A program made the position numbers and the translations under genes. Positions 1-9,691 of a DNA stretch of 32,000 bases are shown here, one piece after another. This DNA is from Candidatus Kuenenia stuttgartensis. GTDB lineage: Bacteria > Planctomycetota > Brocadiia > Brocadiales > Brocadiaceae. A model generated the notes under the pieces. That model had not been told where the DNA came from. It saw only the letters and a list, made by a program, of their open reading frames with translations, and ran no database searches. The stretch is taken from NCBI RefSeq assembly GCF_900232105.1, contig NZ_LT934425.1:3390001-3422000 (forward strand). The letters are read 5' to 3'. Position 1 is the stretch's first letter; each line of letters begins with the position of its first letter.

Positions 1-476
1 ATTATGACATACAGGAGGACATCCGAAAATCTTTTTTTATATTTTATCGTACTATTCTTCATGTACCCGCTCCTGAGACATAATTATAATATTGACACTA
101 AACGTATGTTTGATATAATTTCTTTTCGTTACCAAACCTGCCGAAAAATTCAATTATTTGCATCTCTTAGTGAACAATCTTCAAAACAAATTGACGCATA
201 TTAATGACACAAAACAACTGATTATTGTTAAAAAAATTGTGCAGAGGATAATATTCCAATGCCACAATTCCTGCCCTGTACGGAAAAATGTCAGCATTAA
301 AGAACAGCGTTTTTCTCTTTTTCCTCATTTTAAGCAATATTTTATATAATACTGGTTTGTGCATGGAATTTCAAAGGAATCGTAAGATGCCCTCCCTCAA
401 AGGGAGGATTCGTAAATTTAAAATCGTAAATGGATTTTTATAAAATACTTAACAATTTTAACGGGCTTATAGATAA

Positions 477-1904
477 ATGGGTTACATAAAAGAACATTGT
501 GGTTTGTTTGGTGTTTACGGCTGTGAAGATGCTGTTGAGAAGGTGTATTATGGGTTATATTCTTTACAGCACCGTGGGGAGGAAAGCGCCGGGATTGCCT
601 CAACGGATGGCAAAGATATCATTTGCCGTAAAGGAATGGGGTTGATCAGTGACGCCCTGGATGCCCGTATGCTTAAATTCTTAAAAAACCCCGTTGCGAT
701 CGGGCATGTGCGATATTCTACTTTTGGTTCGAGCAATATTGAAAATGCACAGCCTATGCTGGTGGATTATTATCGGGGGAAAGTGGCAATTGCCCATAAT
801 GGACAATTGACTAATGCAAAAAAACTGCGGGATGAGTTTGAAGGAAATGGGTCGATATTCCATACAACTTCTGACACTGAAGTAATTGTGCACCTGATGG
901 CGAAGCCTTCGGTTTCAAGGCAAAGCGGGCTGCCAGGCGTATTAAATCAACTGAAAGGGGCATTTTCATTGTTGATTTTAACCCCAAATGAGATGATTGG
1001 AGTACGTGATCCGTATGGCTTCAGGCCGCTTTCTTTGGGAAAACTTAATAACGGATATGTTTTTGCTTCTGAAACATGTGCCCTTGACCAGATCGGCGCA
1101 GAATACGTTCGGGATGTGCAGCCGGGGGAAATAGTCTCTATAAGTAAAGGCGGCCTTCGCAGTGAATTTTATAGTAATCAAAAAAAACATGCCTTCTGTA
1201 TATTTGAATTGGTGTATTTTTCCCGACCCGATAGCAGCGTGTACGGGGAAAGCGTCCATTTGTTCCGTAAGAAATTAGGCGCGAAGCTTACGGAAGAGTC
1301 GCCTGTTGATGCTGACGTGGTAATTTCCGTGCCGGAAGGGGGAAATTCCGCAGCAATTGGATATTCGCACGCCGCATCAATACCTTTTGACAGAGGTTTT
1401 ATCAGAAACCATTATGTTGGAAGGACTTTCATCCTGCCTCAGCAAGATATGAGACATCGTTTTGTCGAGCTGAAATTAAATCCGCTGAAAGAGACAGTGG
1501 CTGGGAAACGTGTTATTGTAATAGATGATTCGATTGTGCGGGGTACTACCTCGAAATCCAGGTTTGGTTTATTAAGAAAAGCAGGTGCGAAGGAAATACA
1601 CGCGAGGATTAGTTGTCCGCCCCACAGGCATCCCTGTTATTATGGAATTGATTTTCAGCAAAAAGGCGAACTTATTGCAGCCAATAAAACGGTTGAAGAG
1701 ACAAGAAAATTTTTGAATGTAGAGAGCCTGAGTTATCTTAGCGTGGAAGGAATGATGAGCTGTACCACACAGCCGAGGCAGAATTTCTGCAACGCTTGTT
1801 TCACCAGTGATTATCCAACAAACGTTAATGAAGAAATGGATAATGTAACGGATAGTTTTTCCGTTGATGAAGCGGAAAGATTGAGCCGATGTGTAATTAA
1901 ATAA
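477..1904 (+). CDS. purF: Amidophosphoribosyltransferase (glutamine PRPP amidotransferase)
   Basis: 475 aa ORF; N-terminal CGLFGVYG Ntn-type glutaminase, HRGEESAGIAS, PRTase motif VIVIDDSIVRGTTS, C-terminal Cys-rich segment. Confidence 0.96.
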   Translation: MGYIKEHCGLFGVYGCEDAVEKVYYGLYSLQHRGEESAGIASTDGKDIICRKGMGLISDALDARMLKFLKNPVAIGHVRYSTFGSSNIENAQPMLVDYYRGKVAIAHNGQLTNAKKLRDEFEGNGSIFHTTSDTEVIVHLMAKPSVSRQSGLPGVLNQLKGAFSLLILTPNEMIGVRDPYGFRPLSLGKLNNGYVFASETCALDQIGAEYVRDVQPGEIVSISKGGLRSEFYSNQKKHAFCIFELVYFSRPDSSVYGESVHLFRKKLGAKLTEESPVDADVVISVPEGGNSAAIGYSHAASIPFDRGFIRNHYVGRTFILPQQDMRHRFVELKLNPLKETVAGKRVIVIDDSIVRGTTSKSRFGLLRKAGAKEIHARISCPPHRHPCYYGIDFQQKGELIAANKTVEETRKFLNVESLSYLSVEGMMSCTTQPRQNFCNACFTSDYPTNVNEEMDNVTDSFSVDEAERLSRCVIK

Positions 1905-1913
1905 ACTCCCCCC

Positions 1914-2921
1914 TTGGATTATAGGCAAATGTATTTCATAAATCCCCTCTATCTGGTAAAAGGTATATTTGGCAGAACATTTTATATCTTTCCGGAACGA
2001 CCGGAACGTATTCAGATAGAAATTACCAACCGCTGTAATTATAGCTGCGGTATGTGCCCGAGAGAGACATTCAACCTGCCGGAAAAAGACATTCCTTTTG
2101 ACCTCTTTAAACATATCATTGACAGGATTGATTCCCGTTATAACGTTACGCTTACCGGCTGGGGAGAACCTTTGTTGCATCCGCAATTAATGGAAATGAT
2201 TGCCTATACAAAAAACAAAGGGCATAAAGTCGGATTAACGACGAATGGTTTATTGCTGGCGCAATATACAGAAAAATTCATAGAAATACGGTTAGATAAA
2301 CTTACCATTTCGTTGGATAGTATCGATGATGAATCTGGCGCAAAAGAGGGACATCCGTCCAGCAAGGTAGTGCAAAAGAATATAGAGTCGCTTGTTAAAC
2401 TGCGGGGTACAAAACCCATTCCTGTTGTTACCATACAAATTACCATGCACGATGAGAAACAGTGTTTGGATGCCGTTCGTTTGGCGGGAGAAATTGGCGC
2501 AGACCGTGTTTATTTAATACGGTTAAATATGCCTATGGATAAAAGCGGTTTTAAAAGGCCTGGCTTAAAAGAAGAACTGGAAATTTATGAGAAATCGGAG
2601 CAAATAGCCAGTGAATATGGATTACAGGTGGACAACAATTATACCGCATTTGACAATATTTTGTTCCGTTTCCTCTATAAAAAAATGCGTCCGGCAATGT
2701 ACCGGTTTGATAAATATTGCCCTAAGCCATATGATTACTTGTATATTAACATTGACGGCAGGGTTACGCCATGCTGCGACCTTCCCAGGCATGAAGTCGG
2801 CAATATTTTAAAAGAAGACATTGACGAAATCTGGAATAGTGAAAATATGCAGTATTTTCGCAAAAACCAGAATGATATTTGCGGCAATTGTGACGCATTG
2901 CGGCTGAAACAAATTGGATAA
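1914..2921 (+). CDS. Radical SAM protein with SPASM-like C-terminal cluster domain (TTG start; alternative ATG at 1929)
   Basis: CNYSCGMCPRE (CX3CX2C) radical SAM motif; C-terminal CPKPYDYLYINIDGRVTPCCD...ICGNCDAL. Confidence 0.88.
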   Translation: MDYRQMYFINPLYLVKGIFGRTFYIFPERPERIQIEITNRCNYSCGMCPRETFNLPEKDIPFDLFKHIIDRIDSRYNVTLTGWGEPLLHPQLMEMIAYTKNKGHKVGLTTNGLLLAQYTEKFIEIRLDKLTISLDSIDDESGAKEGHPSSKVVQKNIESLVKLRGTKPIPVVTIQITMHDEKQCLDAVRLAGEIGADRVYLIRLNMPMDKSGFKRPGLKEELEIYEKSEQIASEYGLQVDNNYTAFDNILFRFLYKKMRPAMYRFDKYCPKPYDYLYINIDGRVTPCCDLPRHEVGNILKEDIDEIWNSENMQYFRKNQNDICGNCDALRLKQIG

Positions 2922-3129
2922 TGATAAATTGAATATGGTTAAAAATAGTAAACTACTCCAGCAGTTTGAACGAAGCCTTAAAAAAGAAAAACCTGACTAT
3001 CAGAAAAACATGGAAATCTTTGAAGGAATGTATAAGGAGGCGGTTTATCTCAACGCAATCCCTTTGAAAGACCCGCTGGATGGGCTGGAAGTAGATATAA
3101 AAATTGCCCGAGTGAGCAATAGTGTTTAA
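2914..3129 (+). CDS. Small conserved-type protein paired with a (decayed) nucleotidyltransferase
   Basis: 71 aa; segment YKEAVYLNAIPLKDPLDGLEVDIKIARVSNSV; stop overlaps the start of the following nucleotidyltransferase fragment. Confidence 0.55.
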   Translation: MDNDKLNMVKNSKLLQQFERSLKKEKPDYQKNMEIFEGMYKEAVYLNAIPLKDPLDGLEVDIKIARVSNSV

Positions 3130-3211
3130 AGAACTTATTGAAAGAATTGCTGTGAGTTTGGATCAGGATATGATCCCTTATATGATCATCGGCGGGCAGG
3201 CGGTTCTTTAA
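3122..3211 (+). pseudogene. Truncated nucleotidyltransferase (AbiEii/MNT-like N-terminus)
   Basis: Manual translation from GTG 3122: VFKELIERIAVSLDQDMIPYMIIGGQAVL then TAA at 3209-3211; the IGGQAVL segment is typical of the start of the nucleotidyltransferase domain, the catalytic part is missing. Confidence 0.6.
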
Positions 3212-3509
3212 AAAATCCTTTGCTACTGTATCAAATCGGGAAATATGGTGAACCTGTCTATGAGAAAGATGAAGAAGTTTACATTTGCTTCTTAAACTGG
3301 GCACGGTTTACCTACGAGGACAATATGAGGTTTCACAAGGGATTGGACGAATTAATCATGGAAGACCTGAAAAAGCTATGATTATTCCTGACTGGATTAA
3401 CTGGAAAAATTGGGTGGCACAGACAAACCCTGTTCCTGTGCGCTTTGAACAGGAATTGTTTGTCTGTGTTTAGTGAAAATAGTTCTTATAAAGAGAAATA
3501 TGTCAATAA

Positions 3510-4040
3510 GTGAAATTTTTAAAGTATCATATGAGTGACGACAATAAATCACACATCCCTAAACTCATTCTTGCTGGTGTCATTGGAGTGCTTGCTGGAA
3601 GCTGGTGGAAATCTGCTAAGATTGCAGAAAGTAAGAAAAGTAGAGCCGAATGTGAAAGCCCGGATTTTGTGAATGAGGCATGTTACAAAATTAATGAGCT
3701 ATTGAATGAATTAGAGATTTTAGATGAAATGGAAGATGAAGATGATTTCCGTGATGTTTTGGCTGAATATTTAACTAAATATACAGATTTTGAAATTGAA
3801 CTTACACCAAATACTTTAATTGGGCAACCAGATATTTTGATTGGTGGTGTGTTAGCCCTTGAAGTAAAGTATAATCCCAACAAATCTGAAATGGATCGTT
3901 GTATTGGTCAATGTGCTGGTTATTCAAGGGAATGGGTAACATGGATAATTCTTTATGATACACCTCCTAGTCGAATCAATTATATATCTGAAGTATTAGT
4001 CGATAAAGGGTTGGACTATATTCCAATTATTTCGTTTTAA
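3510..4040 (+). CDS. Hypothetical protein with N-terminal hydrophobic segment and PD-(D/E)XK nuclease-like motif
   Basis: 176 aa; IPKLILAGVIGVLAGSWW, then DFRDVLAEYL...GQPDILIGGVLALEVKYN (PD-x(n)-ExK pattern). Confidence 0.6.
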   Translation: MKFLKYHMSDDNKSHIPKLILAGVIGVLAGSWWKSAKIAESKKSRAECESPDFVNEACYKINELLNELEILDEMEDEDDFRDVLAEYLTKYTDFEIELTPNTLIGQPDILIGGVLALEVKYNPNKSEMDRCIGQCAGYSREWVTWIILYDTPPSRINYISEVLVDKGLDYIPIISF

Positions 4041-4292
4041 GAAGATAACTTGTTATTTGTAAATTCTTTATCCTTTTCAGAAACGAGATAGTTCACTCTT
4101 ACGATGTGAATATTTACTTGGTCAGGAGTAAAAGAAATATAAATGTGATAATTCGGTTTTATAAGAAGTACGTGGAAAAGATTTAATTACTGTTGTGGGA
4201 GTCGCTTTGATTTAAAAGTTGGAAATTGATGCGTAATAAAATTGTAAGGCGGGTGGGTATTTATAAGTCTCAAACTATACATCCAAACCAGT

Positions 4293-5072
4293 ATGGGTAC
4301 ACATAATAAGATGGATTTTTATGATTCTTTAGCTGTATTGGGGGCTTTAGCGTGGCTTGTTCCATTGATTTCTTGGATAAGAAATTTATTGTTAAAGCCT
4401 AATTTGTCTATAATTTCCCATAAAGAATTAGAGATAGGATATTCCATAGATGGGCCAATATTAAATATAAACTTGGCATTTTCTGTTGAAAAAAAAGAAG
4501 CTTTAATTAAAAAAATTGATATTATTTTAAGACACGAAAACAACGAAACGCATCAATTTTTATGGGATTGGTTCGAAGAGCAATTTCTTCAAATGGAAAT
4601 ATCAGATCCAGATTTGGGTTCAATGCCGTTTAAAAAAACCCAAAAGGCAATAGCTATCAAAGTTCTAACAGATACATTAATAGAAAGGAAATTTGGATTT
4701 CAAAAAGAAGAATTTAAAGAGGCATATAACAAATTATTTAATTCCACTAATGAAATTTACAATAATATTTATCAAAGTAGCGCGGGCATTGATAGTTTTA
4801 AAATATCAAAGGAGTATAATGAATTTTTGGATTACTTCAAAAATTCATTCATCTGGAAGGTTGGAAAGTACTCGGCGAAAATTAAAGTATATATAGAACA
4901 TGTCGTAAAACCTTTTGAACATGACTTAAATTTTCAACTTACAAATTTAGAACTGAAAGGTCTAGAAACTAATATTAATACTTGCCAAAAAACTATAAAA
5001 AACCACTATACAAAAGAAGACCCTGATTATAAAGCAGATTGGAAATTAGTAAATCCTTATAAAATTGAATAA
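4293..5072 (+). CDS. Hypothetical protein, single N-terminal transmembrane segment
   Basis: 259 aa ORF with hydrophobic stretch LAVLGALAWLVPLISWIRNLLL; no recognised domain. Confidence 0.6.
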   Translation: MGTHNKMDFYDSLAVLGALAWLVPLISWIRNLLLKPNLSIISHKELEIGYSIDGPILNINLAFSVEKKEALIKKIDIILRHENNETHQFLWDWFEEQFLQMEISDPDLGSMPFKKTQKAIAIKVLTDTLIERKFGFQKEEFKEAYNKLFNSTNEIYNNIYQSSAGIDSFKISKEYNEFLDYFKNSFIWKVGKYSAKIKVYIEHVVKPFEHDLNFQLTNLELKGLETNINTCQKTIKNHYTKEDPDYKADWKLVNPYKIE

Positions 5073-5137
5073 AAATGAGGTGCAACTAATTAAAATGACG
5101 CACGTAATTATATTCATAGCTGTAAAAGGTGGTATAT

Positions 5138-5461
5138 ATGTCCCAATTTCCAATTAAAGGTTGGCCTGCCGATGTGGTAAATAATCTCAATAATTTGATT
5201 TCGGATATTATCAGGAGACGAGAAATTAAAGAGTTTTATATTGGACGGACCAATGATTGCAATGCTACCCAATCGAGGCATGGTTGTGATGATATTTTTG
5301 CATTGTACGAAACTAATAGTTCCGAAAATGCTATTACAGTTGAGGATACCTTGATAAGAAAATTTTTTGGCCATCCGAAGTGTAATAATGATAACAGTCA
5401 TGGAGGCGGTGGAGTATCGAGCGAGTATATATATTATGTTTATCTGGCATCTTGGTACTAA
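5138..5461 (+). CDS. Small GIY-YIG-like protein (orphan)
   Basis: Segment KEFYIGRTNDCNATQSRHGCDDI...ITVEDTLIRKFF...CNNDNSHGGGGVS resembles the YIG/R/E/N pattern of GIY-YIG nucleases; ORF track opens at GTG 5129, internal ATG at 5138. Confidence 0.5.
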   Translation: MSQFPIKGWPADVVNNLNNLISDIIRRREIKEFYIGRTNDCNATQSRHGCDDIFALYETNSSENAITVEDTLIRKFFGHPKCNNDNSHGGGGVSSEYIYYVYLASWY

Positions 5462-5612
5462 TGATTGTGAGTTGAATAGATTGAGTGAAGCAAAGCATCT
5501 CTAACAAAAACGTGCATTTGCCAACGGACAAGGAATGATAATGATGGGTTTGCTTCACTTAACTCATCCTTGACCATTTGACATCGAAAATGTCAAATGA
5601 AAGTATTTAGGA

Positions 5613-5897
5613 ATGTCTAAAATACAAAAGATACGGCAGAAGATTATTGATAAGGACTATTACATCTCATCCCATGCTGAAGATGAAATGTTAGACGATA
5701 AATTGGAACGTGCAGATATTAAGAATGCTATTCTTAAAGGGAAGATTGTAAAGAAATTTACAGAAGATGTAAGGGGGACAAGGTATCGAATAGAAGGAAC
5801 TGCCAGAGACGATAGAATAATTCATATCATTTGTAGGTATAGAGAAGATGGCAGCCTTATTATAATAACGGCATATGCTTTAACGGAGGAGATATGA
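5613..5897 (+). CDS. DUF4258-type putative toxin
   Basis: 94 aa, YYISSHAEDEMLDDKLERADIKNAILKGKIV...RYRIEG...IHIICRY; followed immediately by a YgiT-type protein. Confidence 0.75.
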   Translation: MSKIQKIRQKIIDKDYYISSHAEDEMLDDKLERADIKNAILKGKIVKKFTEDVRGTRYRIEGTARDDRIIHIICRYREDGSLIIITAYALTEEI

Positions 5898-5900
5898 GAT

Positions 5901-6122
5901 ATGATATGTGAATTTTGTAAAGGCAATACGGTAAAGAAAAAAGTAAAAAGGCAACACTGGCTTCATGGCAAGTTATATATTGTAGAAAATGTTGAGGCTG
6001 AGGTTTGTCCTGAGTGCGGTGAGCGTTATTTCCATGCTAAGGTTCTCGATGAAATAGACCACCTTCTTGAAAAGGAACATGACGTAAAAGAACGAATAAA
6101 TGTGGAAGTCGTTAGCCTATAA
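5901..6122 (+). CDS. YgiT-type zinc-finger protein (putative antitoxin)
   Basis: CEFCKG...AEVCPECGERYFHAKVLDEID; two CxxC knuckles. Confidence 0.8.
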   Translation: MICEFCKGNTVKKKVKRQHWLHGKLYIVENVEAEVCPECGERYFHAKVLDEIDHLLEKEHDVKERINVEVVSL

Positions 6123-6277
6123 ATTATGATTACTTTCTCGTAATTTGCTGATACATACAGTTTGTCTGACTTCCAGGATAAGACAAAAGAAGCAAGTTTT
6201 GAGGTCGAAACTAAGTCTAAGACTATGTATTACGCAGTGGATAAAAAAAAGACCAATAATAAATCGGAAGATAAACT

Positions 6278-6502
6278 GTGGAAATAGCCACAAGAATTGG
6301 TGTCGATGAGAAAGTGCGTTTTGGTAAACCTGTCATTACAGGGACACGAGTTCCTGTTGATCTTATCCTCGGTAAATTGGCAGGGGGGATGACTTACGAA
6401 TAAGTTATGGTTGAGTATGAGATTACACGCGAGGATATACTGGCGACTCTCGATTATGCGGCCAAAACATTGGCAAGTGAAGAAATCAGGGCAGTAAGTT
6501 AA
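6278..6502 (+). pseudogene. DUF433-type protein interrupted by in-frame TAA (6401-6403)
   Basis: Manual translation: VEIATRIGVDEKVRFGKPVITGTRVPVDLILGKLAGGMTYE*VMVEYEITREDILATLDYAAKTLASEEIRAVS*. Confidence 0.75.
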
Positions 6503-6612
6503 CATGCTGTAGTGTTAATTATTTGTTGGAGGATTTTTAGGTATGAGAAAAATAGTTACCTATGGAAAATATAGAAAAGTTAATATGATATAAAATATGG
6601 AAAGTATATATC

Positions 6613-6861
6613 ATGGACAAAATAGAAAAAGCTATTGAAACAACTGCTACTATTAATGCAAAAAGACAACTTGTATTAGATGAACCATTACCTGTTGCTG
6701 GTCCCCAAAAAGTTCGTGTTATTATATTATTGCAAGAAGAAACAGACATAGATGAAAAGGAATGGCTCAAGTTGGCAAGTGTGAATAATGCGTTTGATTT
6801 TTTAAAAGAACCTGAAGAGGATATTTATACTTCTTTTGATGGAAAACCATTTCATGACTAG
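6613..6861 (+). CDS. Putative antitoxin of PemK/MazF-type module
   Basis: 82 aa, ORF overlaps the start of a PemK/MazF-family gene. Confidence 0.65.
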   Translation: MDKIEKAIETTATINAKRQLVLDEPLPVAGPQKVRVIILLQEETDIDEKEWLKLASVNNAFDFLKEPEEDIYTSFDGKPFHD

Positions 6862-7198
6862 GGGTAAAGTAGTATTAGTTAATTTTCCTTTCGACGACCT
6901 TTCAACATCAAAAGTACGACCAGCAGTATGTTTGACGAATCCAATTGGTTCACACTCTCATGTTATACTTGCATTTATAAGTAGCAGAATTCCATCAGAT
7001 TTACTCGAAACAGATTTAATAATAGATACATCACACGAAGGCTTTAGTGGAACTGGTTTAAAGGTGGCTTCAACTTTGCGATTGCATCGTTTAATGACGG
7101 TAACGACTTCACTGTGCCAACGTGAATTGGGAGAGTTATCTCCCAAATTTCTGAGTGAAGTAAATAATAAACTAAAGAAGTTGTTTTGTATAAGATGA
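6854..7198 (+). CDS. PemK/MazF family toxin
   Basis: TRGKVVLVNFPFDDLSTSKVRPAVCLTNP...; probable ATG at 6854 overlaps the antitoxin stop (ORF track opens at 6836). Confidence 0.82.
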   Translation: MTRGKVVLVNFPFDDLSTSKVRPAVCLTNPIGSHSHVILAFISSRIPSDLLETDLIIDTSHEGFSGTGLKVASTLRLHRLMTVTTSLCQRELGELSPKFLSEVNNKLKKLFCIR

Positions 7199-7238
7199 AG
7201 ATAACCATTATTCCTGAATTTGATTAATAAATACAATT

Positions 7239-8660
7239 ATGAAAATTACTTTTCTAGTACCACCACCCATTGATGGAAATATCCCGGAGCGGGTTGCCGG
7301 GTGTGCATACCTGCTCTATTATGTCCCGAATATCTTCCTCCTCAGCGCAGCGGCTGTTCTGGAAAAGGCAGGTTGCGAAGTTCGATATATTGAAACTACC
7401 ATTAAAAAATGGGACCGAAGACAATTCCGGACGTTCCTCAGGGAAGATTTGAGTGATATTTACAGCTTCTACTCAGTCAATCTCTCACAAAAGACCGATA
7501 TGCAGGCATTGCATGACATCCGTGAGATAAGGGGAGATATACCGGTTGTATTTTTTGGCCCTGCACCATCAGACAGACCGCTGGAATTTGTTGCAGACGA
7601 CGATACCTATGCCGTCAGGGGTGAACCGGAATACACGATGCTTGAACTGGTAAATGCATTAGAGGATAAATCAGCCATTAACGGTATCAAAAGCGTGTCT
7701 TTCAGAAGCAATAATGGAATTATCAATAATGATACCAGAGAGCCAATAGAAAATCTGGACGAACTTCCCTTTCCCGCAAGACATCTTTTGGAAGAGAAGG
7801 ACGTCTATTATAATCCCAAACTGGGGATGCGGCCGTTTACTGCCGTTTGTACTTCACGGGGTTGTTCCTACCGCTGCATTTACTGTGTTCCTTCTTCACT
7901 GAGCTTCTCAAGAGAACTTGAATACAAGCATTACTTTGACAAAAAACCGCCCGTAAGGAAGCGGTCGTCTGAGAATATCATTGGGGAATTTGCCTTATTG
8001 AAATCGCAGGGGTATAAGGCAGTGAATATGCAAGATGACCAATTCGTGTGGGGAGAAGAAAGGACTATTAAAATTTGCGAGGGCATTAAAGATTTAGACA
8101 TAGTATGGGGGTGTTCCGCAAGGTCGGATCATCTGACGGAACCCATAGTAAGGGCAATGGCTGCGGCAAATTGTAAATTTATTGATCTTGGCGTGGAATC
8201 ATTTAACCAGGAAATACTGGATTATGTGAAAAAGGATATTGACGTTAAAAAGAATGAAGAGGCGATACGACTGGTAAAAAAATATGGCATATCTGCAAAA
8301 ATAAATATTATGTTCGGGGCTTCTCCATTAGAAACAATGGAAACCATAAGAAAAAATACAGAAGAAGTGAAACGGTTAAAGGTAGATCAGGTAATGTATA
8401 ATATCGCAAATCCATTTCCCGGGACTGATTTTTATAAAACGGCGAAAGAAAACAATTTATTTGTTTATGGTGACTATAAACCGGTGAATGTGGCAAAGGA
8501 AGCCAACATAGCCTATCCCCATCTGAGCAAGACAGACCTTGAAAGAGCGGTGCGCAGTGCCAATTTTGCATTTTTCCTTTCCCCCCGTTTTGTTCTTAAA
8601 AATATCAGAAGAATCGGTTCGCTTGATGCTTTGAAAGCGATGTTTCGAAAGCTTTTCTAA
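7239..8660 (+). CDS. B12-binding-type radical SAM protein
   Basis: N-terminal PPPIDGNIPERVAGCAYLLYYVPN..., then VCTSRGCSYRCIYC (CX3CX2C), MFGASPLETMETIRK. Confidence 0.85.
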   Translation: MKITFLVPPPIDGNIPERVAGCAYLLYYVPNIFLLSAAAVLEKAGCEVRYIETTIKKWDRRQFRTFLREDLSDIYSFYSVNLSQKTDMQALHDIREIRGDIPVVFFGPAPSDRPLEFVADDDTYAVRGEPEYTMLELVNALEDKSAINGIKSVSFRSNNGIINNDTREPIENLDELPFPARHLLEEKDVYYNPKLGMRPFTAVCTSRGCSYRCIYCVPSSLSFSRELEYKHYFDKKPPVRKRSSENIIGEFALLKSQGYKAVNMQDDQFVWGEERTIKICEGIKDLDIVWGCSARSDHLTEPIVRAMAAANCKFIDLGVESFNQEILDYVKKDIDVKKNEEAIRLVKKYGISAKINIMFGASPLETMETIRKNTEEVKRLKVDQVMYNIANPFPGTDFYKTAKENNLFVYGDYKPVNVAKEANIAYPHLSKTDLERAVRSANFAFFLSPRFVLKNIRRIGSLDALKAMFRKLF

Positions 8661-8662
8661 CA

Positions 8663-9691
8663 ATGAAATTTTCAATCCTTATACCCGCTTATAACGAAGA
8701 AAAATCCATTTCCACCTGCCTTGATTCTCTTCTTTCCGTGACTTATCCCGACAAAGAAATTATTGTTATTGACGACGCCTCTTCGGACCATACCGTAAAA
8801 GAAGTCGAAACGTTTGCAAGCAGGGGCGTTATATTGGTAAAAAGAGAAAAAAACGGCGGGAGGGCTGCCGCCTTGAACTCGGGATTATCCCGGGCTACCG
8901 GAGAGATTGTCGTCACAACCGATGCGGATACCGGCGTTTCTCCCCATTGGTTAACCCTGTTTGAACGTCATTTTGCAGATGAAGAGGTTATTGCGGTTGG
9001 GGGCGCTTATAAAGCGCAAAACAAGGGTAATCCGCTGGCAAATGCAACAAGTGTATTAGATCAGATTTTGAACGGCACATTCAGAAAAACGTTTATTCCG
9101 AACAAAGTATCCGGAGTAAACTCTGCGATACGCAGGGATACATTGCTGGATTTGGGAGGGTTTAATGAAAGCGCATGGTGGAGCGAAGATTCCGAATTAG
9201 GATGGAAACTGGATAAAACCGGCAAGGTCATTTATGATCCGGAGAATGTTGTATATACACAATATCCTGATACATGGGAAGGCATATGGAGGAGGAAGTT
9301 TTACTGGGGATATGCGATGGGATTGAAATTCCGTCAGCATATGCCTTTCAGACTGAAATTATGGATACGTCCCACCGTATTTATGGCACTTTTTGTGAGC
9401 CTGGTTGTGTTTTTGGCAACGATACCCTGCGGAATGAGGGTATACTTTGTACCCGGATTATTTTTTGGAACATTATTGAGTGCATTAACATTAGTATATG
9501 TCCCGATAGGCGCAATCGTTATGATAAGAACGGGGGATACCGGTTTGGCAAAAACATTGCCGCTACTGGCAATCCTGCCTATTTTTCGGGAATTTGCGTA
9601 TGTGTACGGCATGTTTCTTGGTTATTGTAAAGGTAAGCCATCCGCCTTGAAACCTTCATGGAAGAGGAAACAGGGAAAGAAAAAATTATGA
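8663..9691 (+). CDS. Family 2 glycosyltransferase, membrane-associated
   Basis: FSILIPAYNEEKSISTCLDSLL, IIVIDDASSD, VTTDADTG, WWSEDSELGWKL; C-terminal hydrophobic segments. Confidence 0.88.
   Translation: MKFSILIPAYNEEKSISTCLDSLLSVTYPDKEIIVIDDASSDHTVKEVETFASRGVILVKREKNGGRAAALNSGLSRATGEIVVTTDADTGVSPHWLTLFERHFADEEVIAVGGAYKAQNKGNPLANATSVLDQILNGTFRKTFIPNKVSGVNSAIRRDTLLDLGGFNESAWWSEDSELGWKLDKTGKVIYDPENVVYTQYPDTWEGIWRRKFYWGYAMGLKFRQHMPFRLKLWIRPTVFMALFVSLVVFLATIPCGMRVYFVPGLFFGTLLSALTLVYVPIGAIVMIRTGDTGLAKTLPLLAILPIFREFAYVYGMFLGYCKGKPSALKPSWKRKQGKKKL

Noticed and set aside
391-407. Terminator/attenuator upstream of purF (CCTCCC-TCAAA-GGGAGG)
   Set aside because: Stem is only 6 bp and has no following T run; insufficient to call.
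1572-2186. 204-aa minus-strand ORF spanning the purF/radical SAM junction
   Set aside because: Antisense to two well-supported genes; no motif.
3285-3473. 62-aa ORF as a gene
   Set aside because: Lies in a region of decayed fragments with multiple competing frames; no recognisable motif or ribosome-binding site.
6230-6505. 91-aa minus-strand ORF over the DUF433-type locus
   Set aside because: The plus strand gives a clear DUF433-like translation; the minus ORF is the mirror of it.
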